NCBI GenBank assembly: GCA_965237525.1
Contig: CBDEFO010000004.1
Coordinates: 32,001 to 96,000 of the forward strand
Length of the DNA stretch: 64,000 nucleotides
Source of the DNA: Candidatus Latescibacterota bacterium
GTDB lineage: Bacteria > Latescibacterota > CBDEFO01
Direction of reading: 5' to 3'
The position numbers and the translations under genes are program-made. The notes under the pieces are model-generated. The model ran no database searches. It saw only the letters and a list, made by a program, of their open reading frames with translations, and was not told where the DNA came from. This document shows positions 29,814 through 40,834 of the stretch, piece after piece (positions within the stretch are counted from its first letter, which is position 1; each line of letters begins with the position of its first letter).

Positions 29814-32735
29814 TCAGATGTTCTGCGTGCAGTCGCAGACTGGCCAATTTGAACAACCCAGGAACGGTCCGTGCTTTCCGCTTTTCGCTTGGAGCCATCC
29901 GTTGTCGCATTTCGGACATCCCTGGACGGACCGGCCACAGTCGGGGCAATGGAAACTACCGTTGGCCTTGGCCAGCAGTCCCGTGCCGCAGTGGGGACAG
30001 GCGGACTGTGTGTACTCGCAGTACGGATAGTGCGAGCAGCCGTAGAACGTGCCCCGGTCCCGAGCCTTTTCTCTACGCTCAAGGCGTCCGTGTATGCATT
30101 CGGGGCAGGGGACTTCCCTTCCCGGCAGCCGACCGAAAACGGTGACACCATAGCCGTCCTTTATTAACTCCATGACGAATGAGGAAGGCCACCTGCCGTC
30201 CGCCAAGGGAAAGACGCGACGCTTGGCGCGGGTGATGGCGACATAGAGCAGGCGCCGCTCTTCCGCGTTCGGATGCCCTTCGGGCGCCGCGAGGACGAGA
30301 TCAAGCAGCGGGTCATCGGCGATCTCGGCGGGGAAGCCATATTTTCCGGAGCACAGGCCGAGCACTACAGCGTAATCGGCTTCGAGCCCTTTTGAACCGT
30401 GCACGGTCATGTACGAGAGCCGTAGATTGGGATGTTCCCTCTCCAGCTCGACCATGTTCTCCGGCTTCAAGTGGTTGTACCGGCCCAGCAGCAAGACAGT
30501 GGACGTTCCGTCGTTCGTAGCCGCGTCAGCGCCGATTGCTTTCAGTGCCTCCCTCAAAAGACCGGGGTATTCCTCTCCGGGAAGGCCAACATGCACACAA
30601 GGCCCATCCGTCTGGTGTATGGAGGAGACATTCTTGCGAATCTGCGTGGGGTTGCTGAGGACGAATTTAGTTGAAACGGCGGCGATGCTGTCGGCACACC
30701 GGAATGTCGTCTCCAGGTTGATGTGCTCGCTCTCGCCGAAGCGCTCCCGGAACTCTCGCATGATCGCGATGTCCGAGCCGGTAAATCGGTAGATTGCCTG
30801 CCAATCGTCACCGACGGCGAACAGTTGGGCGGTCTTGGACGTGTCCAGCAACGCCTTCAGCAGTCGTGCTCTCCCTGGCGAGATGTCCTGAAACTCGTCG
30901 ACTAGGATGTATCCGAACGGGGAGCTGTAGCGTCCGCTCTCCACGTGTTCCGTAGCTTTGCTAATCATGTCGTGAAAGTCGATCCGCCCCAGTCGGGTGA
31001 GTGCTTCCTGGTAGCGCTCGAAGATCGGCTGGAATACGGTAACGAACGCCTCCGCTCGCGGGCGGTTGGGAGCTTTCGCGGCCCGTCGGGCTACGTCATG
31101 GACGGAGAGCTGAGCCCCTTTGTAGTGCTGAAGGAAGGTCGCAACCAAACGGGTGAACGAATCCCTTTGACCTTGCTGTTGTAGGAGGGCAAGGATGTCC
31201 TCACGCGATAGCGGAGATAGCGTCACGTCATGGTCAGCCAATTTCGTGGCCAAGTTCTCGGTCAACTTGTCGACGGCCTTTTCGTGGCTGAAGGTTTCAA
31301 TAAGGACGGTGCCATGTTCAGCATGGAGCCGCCGCTTCCAGTCCATCGACTTGAGATACTTCTCGCGGTCTATGAATGGAGGCGTATTGCCCGAAGCAGA
31401 GAGTGCGAAATGTTCGATGTAAATCCCGGCGTCTAGCAGGTAGAAGTCGGGCTCGTATTGCCGTTTCTCGGGCGTGGCCGTTTCGTGCTCGTAGAAGCGT
31501 TCGTATTCGTAGCGCACACCGGCCAGGTAGAGAAAGTTGGCGATTTCGCATTCCTCGAAGCTCTTGAGCTTCTCGCCTTTTAACGAGCGGATCTCGTTTT
31601 TCTGCATGTAGTCCCAGTACTCGCCTTGGGTTCGAAAGTCGTGCTCTCTTTGGTAAGGAGCAAAGTACTCCTGGAAGTACGTCTGCATCACCTTGGAGAA
31701 TTGCGGGTCGACGATCAGGTCGTCGATGATGCGCTTTAGGAGGTCGATCAGGGCCTTGTGGTCCTCGGCTACCTTGGCTAGTGCCGGGCGCTTGCCCTCC
31801 GCTTCGCCGATGATGGACATACCCAAGCTGTGAAAAGTTCGAACGGTGAGATGGCTCCCCGTCTCATCGCCAAGGCGGCTGCGGACCCTCTTCTCCATCT
31901 CCCTCTGGGCGTCTTTCGCGAATGCCAGCAGCAGCAGTTCTGGCGGACGTCGATAACGTTTGCGGATCAGCCAGCCAGCCTTGGCCACGATCACGGAGGT
32001 TTTTCCGCTGCCTGCGGCGGCGACGACCAGGTTGCGGTCCTCGTCGATGACCACCGCTCTTCGTTGCTCTTCGGTGAGCGGTCTTACCTCGATCCTGTCG
32101 AAGAAATCCCTTGATCGGACCAGCTCGTTGACCACAAAGGTGTCGTTGGCTTGCGCCCGCCACACTGTGGAGTCTCTCAAGAAGTTCTGTATGGTCTTCA
32201 ACATTCGGATTTCTGAGGTGCCAGCCAGCTTGTCGGGCCATCGAGAGGGGAACGGGGCTATCCCGTCCTTAGCGTCACGTTCGAGGTCGGAAAAGACGCT
32301 GCGGGTCATGTACCTGGGTGGGTCCGCAAGCCGAGCCAAGCGATTGTCGACGGAACGGAGTGTCCCGACGTGTGTAGCCAGCGTTCTTCGCCACCAGCCG
32401 ACCCTTGCTCTTTCCAGTGCGTCGGCGAACGCCTGTGTGTCGAGCCGCGACAGCCCCGATACCGCGACTTCCCCGGAGGCGACACGGATTCGCATGCCGC
32501 TCCAGAACCACCCGGTAGCTATCTCGGACGTCTCGATCTCCCGAAAGGGGATTTTCACCGATCCGAACGTGCGCGTCAGGGTCAAGTTGTCTGCACTCAC
32601 CGTGGCGGCCTTGGCGTCTCTTGGATGAAGGAATGCGAACATGAACGATGCCAACCCGGCCCGTTCGACATGCAGCGGGCTCCCAGAAGTCAAATTGCGT
32701 AAGCGCGGTTGGGGTACGGACCGTTTTTCCTTCAT
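29814..32735 (-). CDS. DNA helicase IV-like UvrD/SF1 helicase with nuclease-like insert and C-terminal topoisomerase-type zinc ribbons
   Basis: AAAGSGKT, LVDEFQD, VGDDWQAIY, TVHGSKGLE, EERRLLYVAITRA; YEPDFYL..IYIEHF; several CxxC, FYGCS and FLGCS. Confidence 0.85.
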   Translation of the reverse strand: MKEKRSVPQPRLRNLTSGSPLHVERAGLASFMFAFLHPRDAKAATVSADNLTLTRTFGSVKIPFREIETSEIATGWFWSGMRIRVASGEVAVSGLSRLDTQAFADALERARVGWWRRTLATHVGTLRSVDNRLARLADPPRYMTRSVFSDLERDAKDGIAPFPSRWPDKLAGTSEIRMLKTIQNFLRDSTVWRAQANDTFVVNELVRSRDFFDRIEVRPLTEEQRRAVVIDEDRNLVVAAAGSGKTSVIVAKAGWLIRKRYRRPPELLLLAFAKDAQREMEKRVRSRLGDETGSHLTVRTFHSLGMSIIGEAEGKRPALAKVAEDHKALIDLLKRIIDDLIVDPQFSKVMQTYFQEYFAPYQREHDFRTQGEYWDYMQKNEIRSLKGEKLKSFEECEIANFLYLAGVRYEYERFYEHETATPEKRQYEPDFYLLDAGIYIEHFALSASGNTPPFIDREKYLKSMDWKRRLHAEHGTVLIETFSHEKAVDKLTENLATKLADHDVTLSPLSREDILALLQQQGQRDSFTRLVATFLQHYKGAQLSVHDVARRAAKAPNRPRAEAFVTVFQPIFERYQEALTRLGRIDFHDMISKATEHVESGRYSSPFGYILVDEFQDISPGRARLLKALLDTSKTAQLFAVGDDWQAIYRFTGSDIAIMREFRERFGESEHINLETTFRCADSIAAVSTKFVLSNPTQIRKNVSSIHQTDGPCVHVGLPGEEYPGLLREALKAIGADAATNDGTSTVLLLGRYNHLKPENMVELEREHPNLRLSYMTVHGSKGLEADYAVVLGLCSGKYGFPAEIADDPLLDLVLAAPEGHPNAEERRLLYVAITRAKRRVFPLADGRWPSSFVMELIKDGYGVTVFGRLPGREVPCPECIHGRLERREKARDRGTFYGCSHYPYCEYTQSACPHCGTGLLAKANGSFHCPDCGRSVQGCPKCDNGWLQAKSGKHGPFLGCSNWPVCDCTQNI

Positions 32736-32884
32736 TCGAAATTCCTCAAATCAAATCCCTCCAAGCCGCGTTCTCGAATGGTCCAGAATGAGTCAACCCA
32801 CAGTCTTACAATGATTTCCAACGTGCTCCTCGGCCGCGACCCGTCGATTTGGTAATTATGCACTTGACAAAGCTAAGACATCTG

Positions 32885-33063
32885 TTATAGACTTGTAGGC
32901 ATGGAAACATCGGTATCATCCTTCGAGTCGCCGGTGAGCTTGTCAAGTTCTCCATCACCTTGTCCCCGAATAGGGTTCGCATCAGGTGCCGGTCGCCTCG
33001 GGAGAGCGCATCATCCGGCAGTTTGCGTTTACGCCGCTTCTTTGGAGAGGAGTTCTGAACCAT
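32885..33063 (-). pseudogene. small basic protein divergent from transposase B, probable frameshift near 32948
   Basis: MVQNSSPKKRRKRKLPDDALSRGDRHLMRTLFGDKVME, continuing ELDKLTGD...TSL* in a shifted frame. Confidence 0.55.
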
Positions 33064-33893
33064 GATGAACCTCATTGCTTTAATGGAAAAGTTTAAGGAC
33101 GATGAAGATTGCCGAGAGGCCCTGGAAAAACTTCGCTGGCCTAACGGAGTGGCCTGCACCCGCTGCGGAGACATGGAAGTGCTCGAACTTCCCAAACAAA
33201 AGCGATGGGAGTGCAGGGGATGCGGATACCAATTCTCCGTGACCTCTGGCACCATCATGCACGATTCCCACCTGCCCCTCCGCAAGTGGTTCATCGCCAT
33301 CTACCTCATGTGCGTCTCTAAGAAAGGCATCTCTGCCATCGCATCAGAGAGGCCATGGGCAACGATCCCTTTGAAGGGCCGACTCTGTTTGGCATCGTCG
33401 AAGTGGACGAAACCCTGGTCGGTGGAAAAAAACGAAACATCGGATCGGGAAGCAGAGAAGGTAAGACGTCGGTGGCCGGGGCCATACAGCGTGGAGGCCA
33501 GGTCAGAATTGAGCGCGTACCAAACATCCGAAAGGAAACCTTCCACAGCTTCATCAAGCGGAACATCAAGGACGAAGCCGAGGCCATCTACACCGATGAC
33601 CTCAAGTCCTACCTGGGCATCGGAGACGCTGATACTCGACATGAGACTGTCATCACTCCGAGGAGGAGTGGGTTGTCGGTGACGTTCACACCAACTCTAT
33701 CGAAGGGGTCTGGAGCCTGTTCAAGCGCTCCATTATCGAAACCTTCCACAAGATGAGCGCGAAGCACCTGGATCGTTACCTGGAAGAACTGGAGTGGAGA
33801 CACAATAACCGTAACAACCCCAACATCTTCATTGATGCCCTTCGCAGGGTCATGACAACTGAAAATCTCACCTATCGGAAGCTGGTGGCTTAG
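33062..33893 (+). pseudogene. IS1595 transposase B, with deletion and frameshifts
   Basis: same motifs as transposase A spread over three frames. Confidence 0.9.
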
Positions 33894-33928
33894 TATCAGG
33901 GGAGGGATCTTTTCCCTCTTGATCTCCT

Positions 33929-34156
33929 TCATGATGGGGCTCCTCTAGTCCTCACTTCCCCTGCTCTCCTCAACCATGCCTTAACACACTGCCACTTGTC
34001 CCCGGAGTAACGGAAGTCCAGTGAGGGGTCGGCCTTCTCCGTCAAATAACTAAACAAGACAAGTGCATCTAAATCGGTTGGATTGTTGATTCCTTCCTCT
34101 GTCACCCAGCGATCCCACTTGGCTAGTATGAGGCGTTCGGCCTTGGCTTGTTTCAT
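33929..34156 (-). CDS. hypothetical passenger protein (75 aa)
   Basis: ORF inside element B. Confidence 0.5.
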   Translation of the reverse strand: MKQAKAERLILAKWDRWVTEEGINNPTDLDALVLFSYLTEKADPSLDFRYSGDKWQCVKAWLRRAGEVRTRGAPS

Positions 34157-34323
34157 TTTAGCTTGCTCATCATTGGCTACTCATAGTCAGGAACCAGTTT
34201 TACGGTGGAAACGCACCTTGTCTTTCCATTCAGGGGCCAAAGAATGCTGTGACAAAATCCATCCGTTCCTCGCTGTCTTCTGAGGGAGATTGTCTCCGGC
34301 CCAGATGGTCTGATTTAGCCCAA

Positions 34324-34956
34324 TTAGGGTTGCTCATCATCGGTATCGGTTTCAGGCCAGATCTGGTGCAGGTCTTCGCTTCGGACACGAAGTCCCCAGA
34401 ACATCTTTGAAGGTGGAGTCCGGGTTTCCGATGGAGAAAGGACGAAGGACACACCTTGTAAGGCGCTCGGATTTTTTGGAACATTGATTTCCCTTGGAAT
34501 TAGTCTCTGGCACTGAGGCGGCGAAACGATCTGTATGTCTCCTCCTCTACCAAGCCTGCCAACCACAGGTAGATCCCCGCTGCACATCTTCTTATGTAGC
34601 AGATCGAAAAAGTACCGACCCGAAACACCTGAAGATCTGAAACTGTGATTCACGTTCTCCCAAAAAAGTCGGAGTGCTTCTTTGATAGGCATGTCGTAAT
34701 TCTCAATCCTGGCTGCTTTCCTAAGCTCCCTTCTGTCTACCAGCAACATGGTCAACCCAAAAATAGTTACCGCACCACCCAGCAAACCCGGCCAGTGAGT
34801 TATCGTGAAGGTGAAAGCATCGGTGAAGTATTGCCATATAATCCCTATACCTCCAACAAATAACTCCTGCTTCCAGTGAGATCGGATCCAATCCCAGAGT
34901 GAAACAAGCCACTCAAGCTCTCGCAACCATCTCGAAACCCGCACGAGATTCCGCAT
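34324..34956 (-). CDS. hypothetical membrane-anchored passenger protein
   Basis: N-terminal hydrophobic helices; follows a TIR-embedded promoter. Confidence 0.55.
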   Translation of the reverse strand: MRNLVRVSRWLRELEWLVSLWDWIRSHWKQELFVGGIGIIWQYFTDAFTFTITHWPGLLGGAVTIFGLTMLLVDRRELRKAARIENYDMPIKEALRLFWENVNHSFRSSGVSGRYFFDLLHKKMCSGDLPVVGRLGRGGDIQIVSPPQCQRLIPREINVPKNPSALQGVSFVLSPSETRTPPSKMFWGLRVRSEDLHQIWPETDTDDEQP

Positions 34957-35013
34957 CCGGCCACACTACATCCCCTCTTATTCTTTGTCAAGTGCATAAT
35001 TACCCAAAGATCT

Positions 35014-35955
35014 CTATACGTCTCTTACTTCTCCCGCATCTTCCAGAGGCCTGTAGGTTTCGGGTTGGTCCACCTTCAGAGCATCAATGACAAACTGCGT
35101 CCACGTGCCGTGAGTCCAAAAGTCTCCGGCCTCCAGAAGATATTGAACCGCTTTTTCCTGGTCCCCTTCCTTATAATATTTTAGAGCCTCCTTAAACTCT
35201 TCCCCCGCCTTTTCCAATAGTTTTTTCGCCTCTGGTCTTGGGAACGTCCCCTTCCGTAAAGACTCCTCAATTATAGAACCCTCCCACTCGAACTTTCCGT
35301 CCGTCAGGTTCTCGAAATAATACTCGTAAACCTTCCAGGGCTTGTCCTTGTAGTGCTCATATACTCCCTGTTCGGTGAATTTCTTCCTGCCCTCTTTTTC
35401 ATCTAAGACAGCAGCTTCGGCTACTTTTCGCCCCAGGTCCCTTGACCTTTCCACCATCTTAGCCATCTGAGCCGTATGAGCGGGAATTCCGCCTATGTAT
35501 TTCAGCTTCATAGTGAAAGCCCACTTGCAGATCTCTTGGGTCGCCATAAGCTGAAAGCCCTGATTTGTGGCACACGAGATCGATCCGAATGGAATCCCAT
35601 TGATGTCATCCGACCAGTGGAAGGGATAGAGCCGCTCAAAGTAAGTGTGAGCCATAGCTGACGGGCTCCAAAACTGCACCGGATCTGCCAAGATAACACC
35701 GTTTGCATTCTTCGTCTTAACGAAGATTTCACCTTCTCCTTGCTGTCCGAAGTCATCCCTTAAACAGCAACCTTTCCCGTCATTTTTGAGGCACCAGAAA
35801 CTGCTTAAGCAGGGACCGAACTTATAGTTGGCCAGATGGAGCATCTCCACTTCGGCGCCCTCGACTTCTGATGCCGCCTGAATCGCTTCTTTCAGAAGCG
35901 TCCCTGTGTTGCCTCTCCTTCTTCGTGTGCACAAAACCCCTAACACTTTTGCCAT
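35014..35955 (-). CDS. flavodoxin-fold NAD(P)H-dependent FMN reductase / iron-sulfur flavoprotein with C-terminal extension
   Basis: RRRGNTGTLL, PCLSSFWC...C, ILADPVQFW. Confidence 0.8.
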   Translation of the reverse strand: MAKVLGVLCTRRRRGNTGTLLKEAIQAASEVEGAEVEMLHLANYKFGPCLSSFWCLKNDGKGCCLRDDFGQQGEGEIFVKTKNANGVILADPVQFWSPSAMAHTYFERLYPFHWSDDINGIPFGSISCATNQGFQLMATQEICKWAFTMKLKYIGGIPAHTAQMAKMVERSRDLGRKVAEAAVLDEKEGRKKFTEQGVYEHYKDKPWKVYEYYFENLTDGKFEWEGSIIEESLRKGTFPRPEAKKLLEKAGEEFKEALKYYKEGDQEKAVQYLLEAGDFWTHGTWTQFVIDALKVDQPETYRPLEDAGEVRDV

Positions 35956-35975
35956 AAGTTCCCCCTGGTTGTACG

Positions 35976-37013
35976 TTACCCTCCTCTGGTATGCATTTCG
36001 CGGTGAGAGTCTTGTTTGAGCTCTTCTGCCGGGTAGAGGATGCCCCTCTGGGAAAGTCCCCTTCTTTCTTCTGCCCCACGGTCGCTTCTCCCGTTCCATC
36101 TACGTAAAATTATAGACTCGATCTCTTCTTTTGAAACACCGTCGCGCAGAGATTGCTTCAGATCGGTTCCGTCGCCTGCGTATAGACACAAATACCACAT
36201 ACCATCTGCCGTGATCCTGCTCCTGTCGCAGGATCTGCAGAACGGAGTTGTTGTTGAAGCGATGATACCAAAGACGGTTCCGTCCAACAGAATGTACCGA
36301 TCAGCAGGCGCTGAACCGTTTTGGGCCAAGGGCTCGATCGGCCCGTAATGTCTTTCCAGTGTTTCGAGAATTTCCCTCCGGGAGAAGACTTTGTTTATCG
36401 TCCACCTGGTCGCTCCACCGACGTCCATGTACTCGATGAAGCGGACCTCAGCAGAAACCTGTTTTCCGTATGTAATCAGATCCGTAATTTCATCGTCGTT
36501 GTACCCGCGAATGACTACTGTGTTGATCTTAGATCCTTTGAAGCCTGCCTGCAAAGCCGCTTCGATTCCCGCAAGCACTTTTTCGTGGCTACCGCTTCGG
36601 GTCAACGCCTTGAAACGATCAGGTCTAAGAGTATCCAAGCTAATCGTAATGCGTTCGAGTCCGGCATCGTAGAGCGACTGCGCGTGTTCTGTCATTAAAG
36701 ACCCGTTCGTTGTCATAGACAGATCCTTGATGCGAGCGTTTCTTGCAAGCATCCTGACCAAGTCCTCAAGACCTTTGCGCAAGAGCGGCTCTCCACCGGT
36801 CAGCCGCACTTTTTCTACGCCAATCCCGCTGAAGACATCTACAAGTTCGCTGATCTCTTGGAAGGTGAGGATGTCATCATAGTTAATCCACGTGTACTCA
36901 TCCTCAGGCATACAGTATTGACAGCGCAGGTTGCATCTGTCTGTAACTGATACGCGAAGGCTTTTAAGTGGCCTGCCAAATTCGTCTGTTATCTTATCCA
37001 AAGTTCTAAACAT
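35976..37013 (-). CDS. moaA: GTP 3',8-cyclase
   Basis: SVTDRCNLRCQYCMP, FCRSCDRSR, C-terminal GG. Confidence 0.96.
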   Translation of the reverse strand: MFRTLDKITDEFGRPLKSLRVSVTDRCNLRCQYCMPEDEYTWINYDDILTFQEISELVDVFSGIGVEKVRLTGGEPLLRKGLEDLVRMLARNARIKDLSMTTNGSLMTEHAQSLYDAGLERITISLDTLRPDRFKALTRSGSHEKVLAGIEAALQAGFKGSKINTVVIRGYNDDEITDLITYGKQVSAEVRFIEYMDVGGATRWTINKVFSRREILETLERHYGPIEPLAQNGSAPADRYILLDGTVFGIIASTTTPFCRSCDRSRITADGMWYLCLYAGDGTDLKQSLRDGVSKEEIESIILRRWNGRSDRGAEERRGLSQRGILYPAEELKQDSHREMHTRGG

Positions 37014-37032
37014 TCATTCTAAAAGTGACGTC

Positions 37033-37260
37033 TTAAGGATATAACTGCTCTCCTGTTTCCTCATCGTAAAGGAAGACAGCATCCACAGGGCAGGACTCGG
37101 CGGCCTCCCACAAAGTTTCATCATCAGCGCCGTGCTCATCAACAACAATCGCTATCTCCTCACCATCAAAATCAAAGACCTCAGGGGCTACATCTATGCA
37201 TGTTCCCGCACCGATGCAAAGATCCCTTTTGACCCCTACTTTCATCCTGACCTCCGTCAA
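37033..37260 (-). CDS. ferredoxin, 3Fe-4S type
   Basis: CIGAGTC...APEVF...AAESCPVDA. Confidence 0.9.
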   Translation of the reverse strand: MTEVRMKVGVKRDLCIGAGTCIDVAPEVFDFDGEEIAIVVDEHGADDETLWEAAESCPVDAVFLYDEETGEQLYP

Positions 37261-37300
37261 TTCGTTGTAAACACCTAAACTATAACCTGAACAGTATCAG

Positions 37301-37745
37301 TTAGCTCTTCCCTTTCCTTGAGCACAGGACACTCCATACATCCCTCTTTTCGATTTTTGTATTGCAGGGCAGGCACTCCTTTATGATCTCGTCAATATCC
37401 ATAATATCATGTCTTATATTCACATACTGTTCGATTTTGGAGTCGAGGTGACGTATCTGAAGCTCTAAGATTTCCAATACCTTTACGGCTAAATCGCCTC
37501 CCCATGTCACTCCGCTTTTTCAGGGTGAGTATTTCCCTTATACTCTCCAGCTCAAAGTCTGAAGCTTTCAAATTCTTTATGATTTTCAGCTTCTTCAACT
37601 GATCCATCCAATAGAGACGGAATCCTCCCTCGCTGCGCTCTACCGGGTCTATCATGCCCAACTCTTCATAGTAGCGCAATGTCCGAGTGGTGACGCCAGC
37701 CTACTTTGCCAGATCACCTATCTTTATCAAGGTCCTATTTGTCAT
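37301..37745 (-). pseudogene. MerR-family regulator with in-frame TAG and a frameshift
   Basis: MTNRTLIKIGDLAK*AGVTTRTLRYYEELG...RSEGGFRLY. Confidence 0.85.
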
Positions 37746-37801
37746 AAATAAAAACCATGCCGAAAAAGAAAAGCGCTTAACAGTAATGTAGACTTTGTTT
37801 A

Positions 37802-37830
37802 ATTATAACTAACTTTTACGTAAAAGTCAA
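37802..37830 (-). promoter_or_regulatory. promoter with overlapping 16-bp palindromic operator
   Basis: TTGACT-17 nt-TATAAT containing ACTTTTACGTAAAAGT (37812-37827). Confidence 0.8.
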
Positions 37831-37904
37831 TGTTCGTTTTTTGAGAGCAGAAGAGTAAAGACACATGGTATCCACCCTCATGGGATAATTTTGCCTATAT
37901 TTAG

Positions 37905-39423
37905 AAGCCTTGTGAAATAGTTATGTCCCAGGCAGCGTCTGAAGCGCCGATTATGGGTCAAAGAGTAGCATATCGTATCGTTTTGCTGTGGAATAAGCAA
38001 AATAGTCTTATCAGAGTTCTGGTCAGCAAGGAACAGGAGCTGTTTGAAGAACAGGATGCACTGTCTTTGACAGGCAGGGCACACATAGACGCTTTCCCCC
38101 TTCTTATGAAAGATACAAGCCTCTTGAGATTCTGTACTGTTGCAACAAGATTCAACTGTTCATTCAGTGAGGCTGGTCCTCTATAACGGGCTCGTCCCAT
38201 ACCGTGTTGTTGCCTGGCTTCAGCAAAGATATGTTCACTGCGTTTACGGAGTCTCCGGGAGAGTTTGTAGTCAGCTGTTAATGAGATAGACCGTGCATGA
38301 TTTCTGGCTTTCGCCTCTCGCACTTTTCTATCCCGTTCGGCCTGAATATGTGCTGAATTTGTCTTGTTTTTCCATGTAGGAATCGGTTCAATCTTCTCAT
38401 CGGCTCGCAGAGGAATATGGGGTATGATTCCCCGGTCAAGTACATCAGCGATAAAATTACCAGAACCGTAACCGGTATCGGCACTAAGTGTCTGAATGTC
38501 TTTGGGCATGGTGTATGTTTCAAGGTCATCTACCATCTTAAGGGCACTTTCGGGCTCTGCTGTCCCTGTCGCCTGCGTGCCCTGAGTCTCAAGGATTACT
38601 CTGCTTTTTGTGTCGATCAGATCATGGCCCATAAACGAGAGAAAAGCCCCTTTGCCCTTCGATTTGCTGTATAAGCGCGCGTCGGGGTCTGTAGTCGAAC
38701 GGTGTGTTTGGTTCGTCCACTTTTCACCATGAAAGTCTTTATCCTGAGGATGCCCGGACCTACCCTTTGTCTTATCACCTTCAAAACCGATTCCCTTGAG
38801 ATAATCATCAAGAGAAACAGGGGGTTCTATCGGCTCAATACTTTTCACTGAAGCATCAGCTTGTATCTGAGTGCCGTCGACACTAAGGTGTTTACCGCTC
38901 ACAAGACCGACATCTATGCAACACTGGACTACCTGACGCATTATCCGTTCAAACAACCCACTGGATGCCCACTTGTGATTGCGAAGCTTGTTGATCGTGC
39001 TCCTATCCGGAACCGCATCATCAAATGTCTGATGACAAAACAACCGATATGCCGCATGCATCCCCACTTCCTGACAGAGCCGATTCTCACTCAAATTATA
39101 CAGATAGCCAATAAGGATCATTCGAACAACTAATTCAGGATCAATACCGGGTCTGCCATTGTCAGGGCAATAACAATCTGATACAACGTCTCGTACAAAT
39201 GAAAAATCAACTGCCTCATCAATCTGACGAAGGATATGATCCTCGGGAACTAAATCCTCCATCTGAAAATAGTGAAACATCGGATTTGTCTGTTCCTGCT
39301 TTTGTGGGGTCATTGTTTCCTCCATGTATAATATTATCAATAACATAATATAATACATCGGAACTGCTTTATCAATGCTTGTTCTATACTACTTTCTGAA
39401 TCTAAGGGTTTTTCACAAGGCTT
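37905..39423 (-). mobile_element. IS1182-family element, copy 4
   Basis: TSD TTAG/TTAG. Confidence 0.93.
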
Positions 39424-39554
39424 TTAGGTTAGGATCGAAAAAAGGAGGGTAGATACACATGGAGAATGCAATTACTTATAGCGATGTTCTTGCTCTTAAT
39501 CCTAATCCTGTTGATCTGCGTATCAAGATGGTTCAGGCTGCTCAACAATACGGT

Positions 39555-40834
39555 CATACCGCTCCCCTTGACAGAGCGAAAATATTTCGCAAATTGGGGT
39601 TTGAGAAGGGAGGTCAAATTGTCAAGCCCCGAAGTGAAAGATGGTAAGCGCTGGACGGCGACCCGTAAGGTAGAGGTGGTGTTGGCTGTTTTGAAAGGAG
39701 CGAATGTATCAGAGGTGTGTCGGAAGAATGGAATTAGCCAGTCACAGGCGTATGCCTGGCGTGATAGTTTCCTGGAAGGAGGGCAGGAGAGTCTGAAGTC
39801 TCGGCGTGGTCGCAAGGATCCGAAGGAGTGGGAGGTCAGCCGGTTGGAGCGTAAGGTAGGGCACTTAACCCTCCAGTTGGAGATACTCGAGGAGGTAGCC
39901 CGTCTAAAAAAAACGAAGCGGTTGCCTTGAGTGGGCGGTTTTTGGGTCGAGGCTATTCCCGTAAGGTGGTAGCTTTGGCTTTGGGTTTGCATCGTTCGAC
40001 TCTGTATAGGCTTAGGGATAGAGGTGTCAGTTCTTCTGTCGAAGAGTCTATGATTGATGAACAGCTTGCTTTTCGTGTTCGAGGGATACTCGACCAAGAA
40101 GAGGCATTTGGTCACAGGCGGGTTTGGGCGCATCTTCGTTTCAAGGAAGGGGCATATGTCAACATCAAGAAGGTTCATAGGATAATGAAGCTTAAGGGGT
40201 GGCAGTGTAAGCTGTGGAAGGAGAATCCCCGATAAGAATCCAATCGGGGACCCGGGAGAAAGGGGCCACAGGTTGCCCGGAAGCGTTCTGTGATGGATCG
40301 TCCTGACAGTCTCTGGTCGGCGGCTGACTTGACCAAGATCTATTGTGGGGAAGACGGTTGGTGTCCTCTTATTGCGGTGGTGGACAACGGGAGTCGGGAG
40401 GTTCCTGGGTATTGTTTTAGTCGAAAAGGGAGGGCACTGGAGGCCACAGATGCCCTGGATCGGGCCGTGATCTCTCGATACACCTGCAAAGAGGCTGTCC
40501 CCCAGGGTCTCACTTTGCGCTCTGACAATGGTTCCTTCTTTTTGGCGAGTACCGAATATTGGGGAATTCGTCAGGAGTACATACCAAGTGGTAAGCCCGA
40601 GTGGAACGGTGTTGTAGAGCGTTTTTTCAGGACCCTCAAGCAAGAGTGTGTTTGGCTTCACAAGTTTGAATCCTTTGAATAGGCTGAGAAGATCATATCT
40701 CAGTGGATCGATAATTACAACAAGACCAGGCTTCATTCATCCCTGGGATATAAGACCCCGGAAGAGTGGAGAAAACAATTTTATCTACTACCCCAGGTTG
40801 CTTAATTGATGTCGCTTTCCAGGGGGGCAGTACA
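39555..40834 (+). mobile_element. IS3-family element, copy 3 (degenerate orfB)
   Basis: 4-bp TSD CGGT/CGGT; removal rejoins AAQQYG-VSYAAR. Confidence 0.92.

Larger units (their letters stand above)
32850..35005 (+). mobile_element. IS1595-family element B with two passenger ORFs
   Basis: TIR GGTAATTATGCACTTGACAAAG at both ends. Confidence 0.88.
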
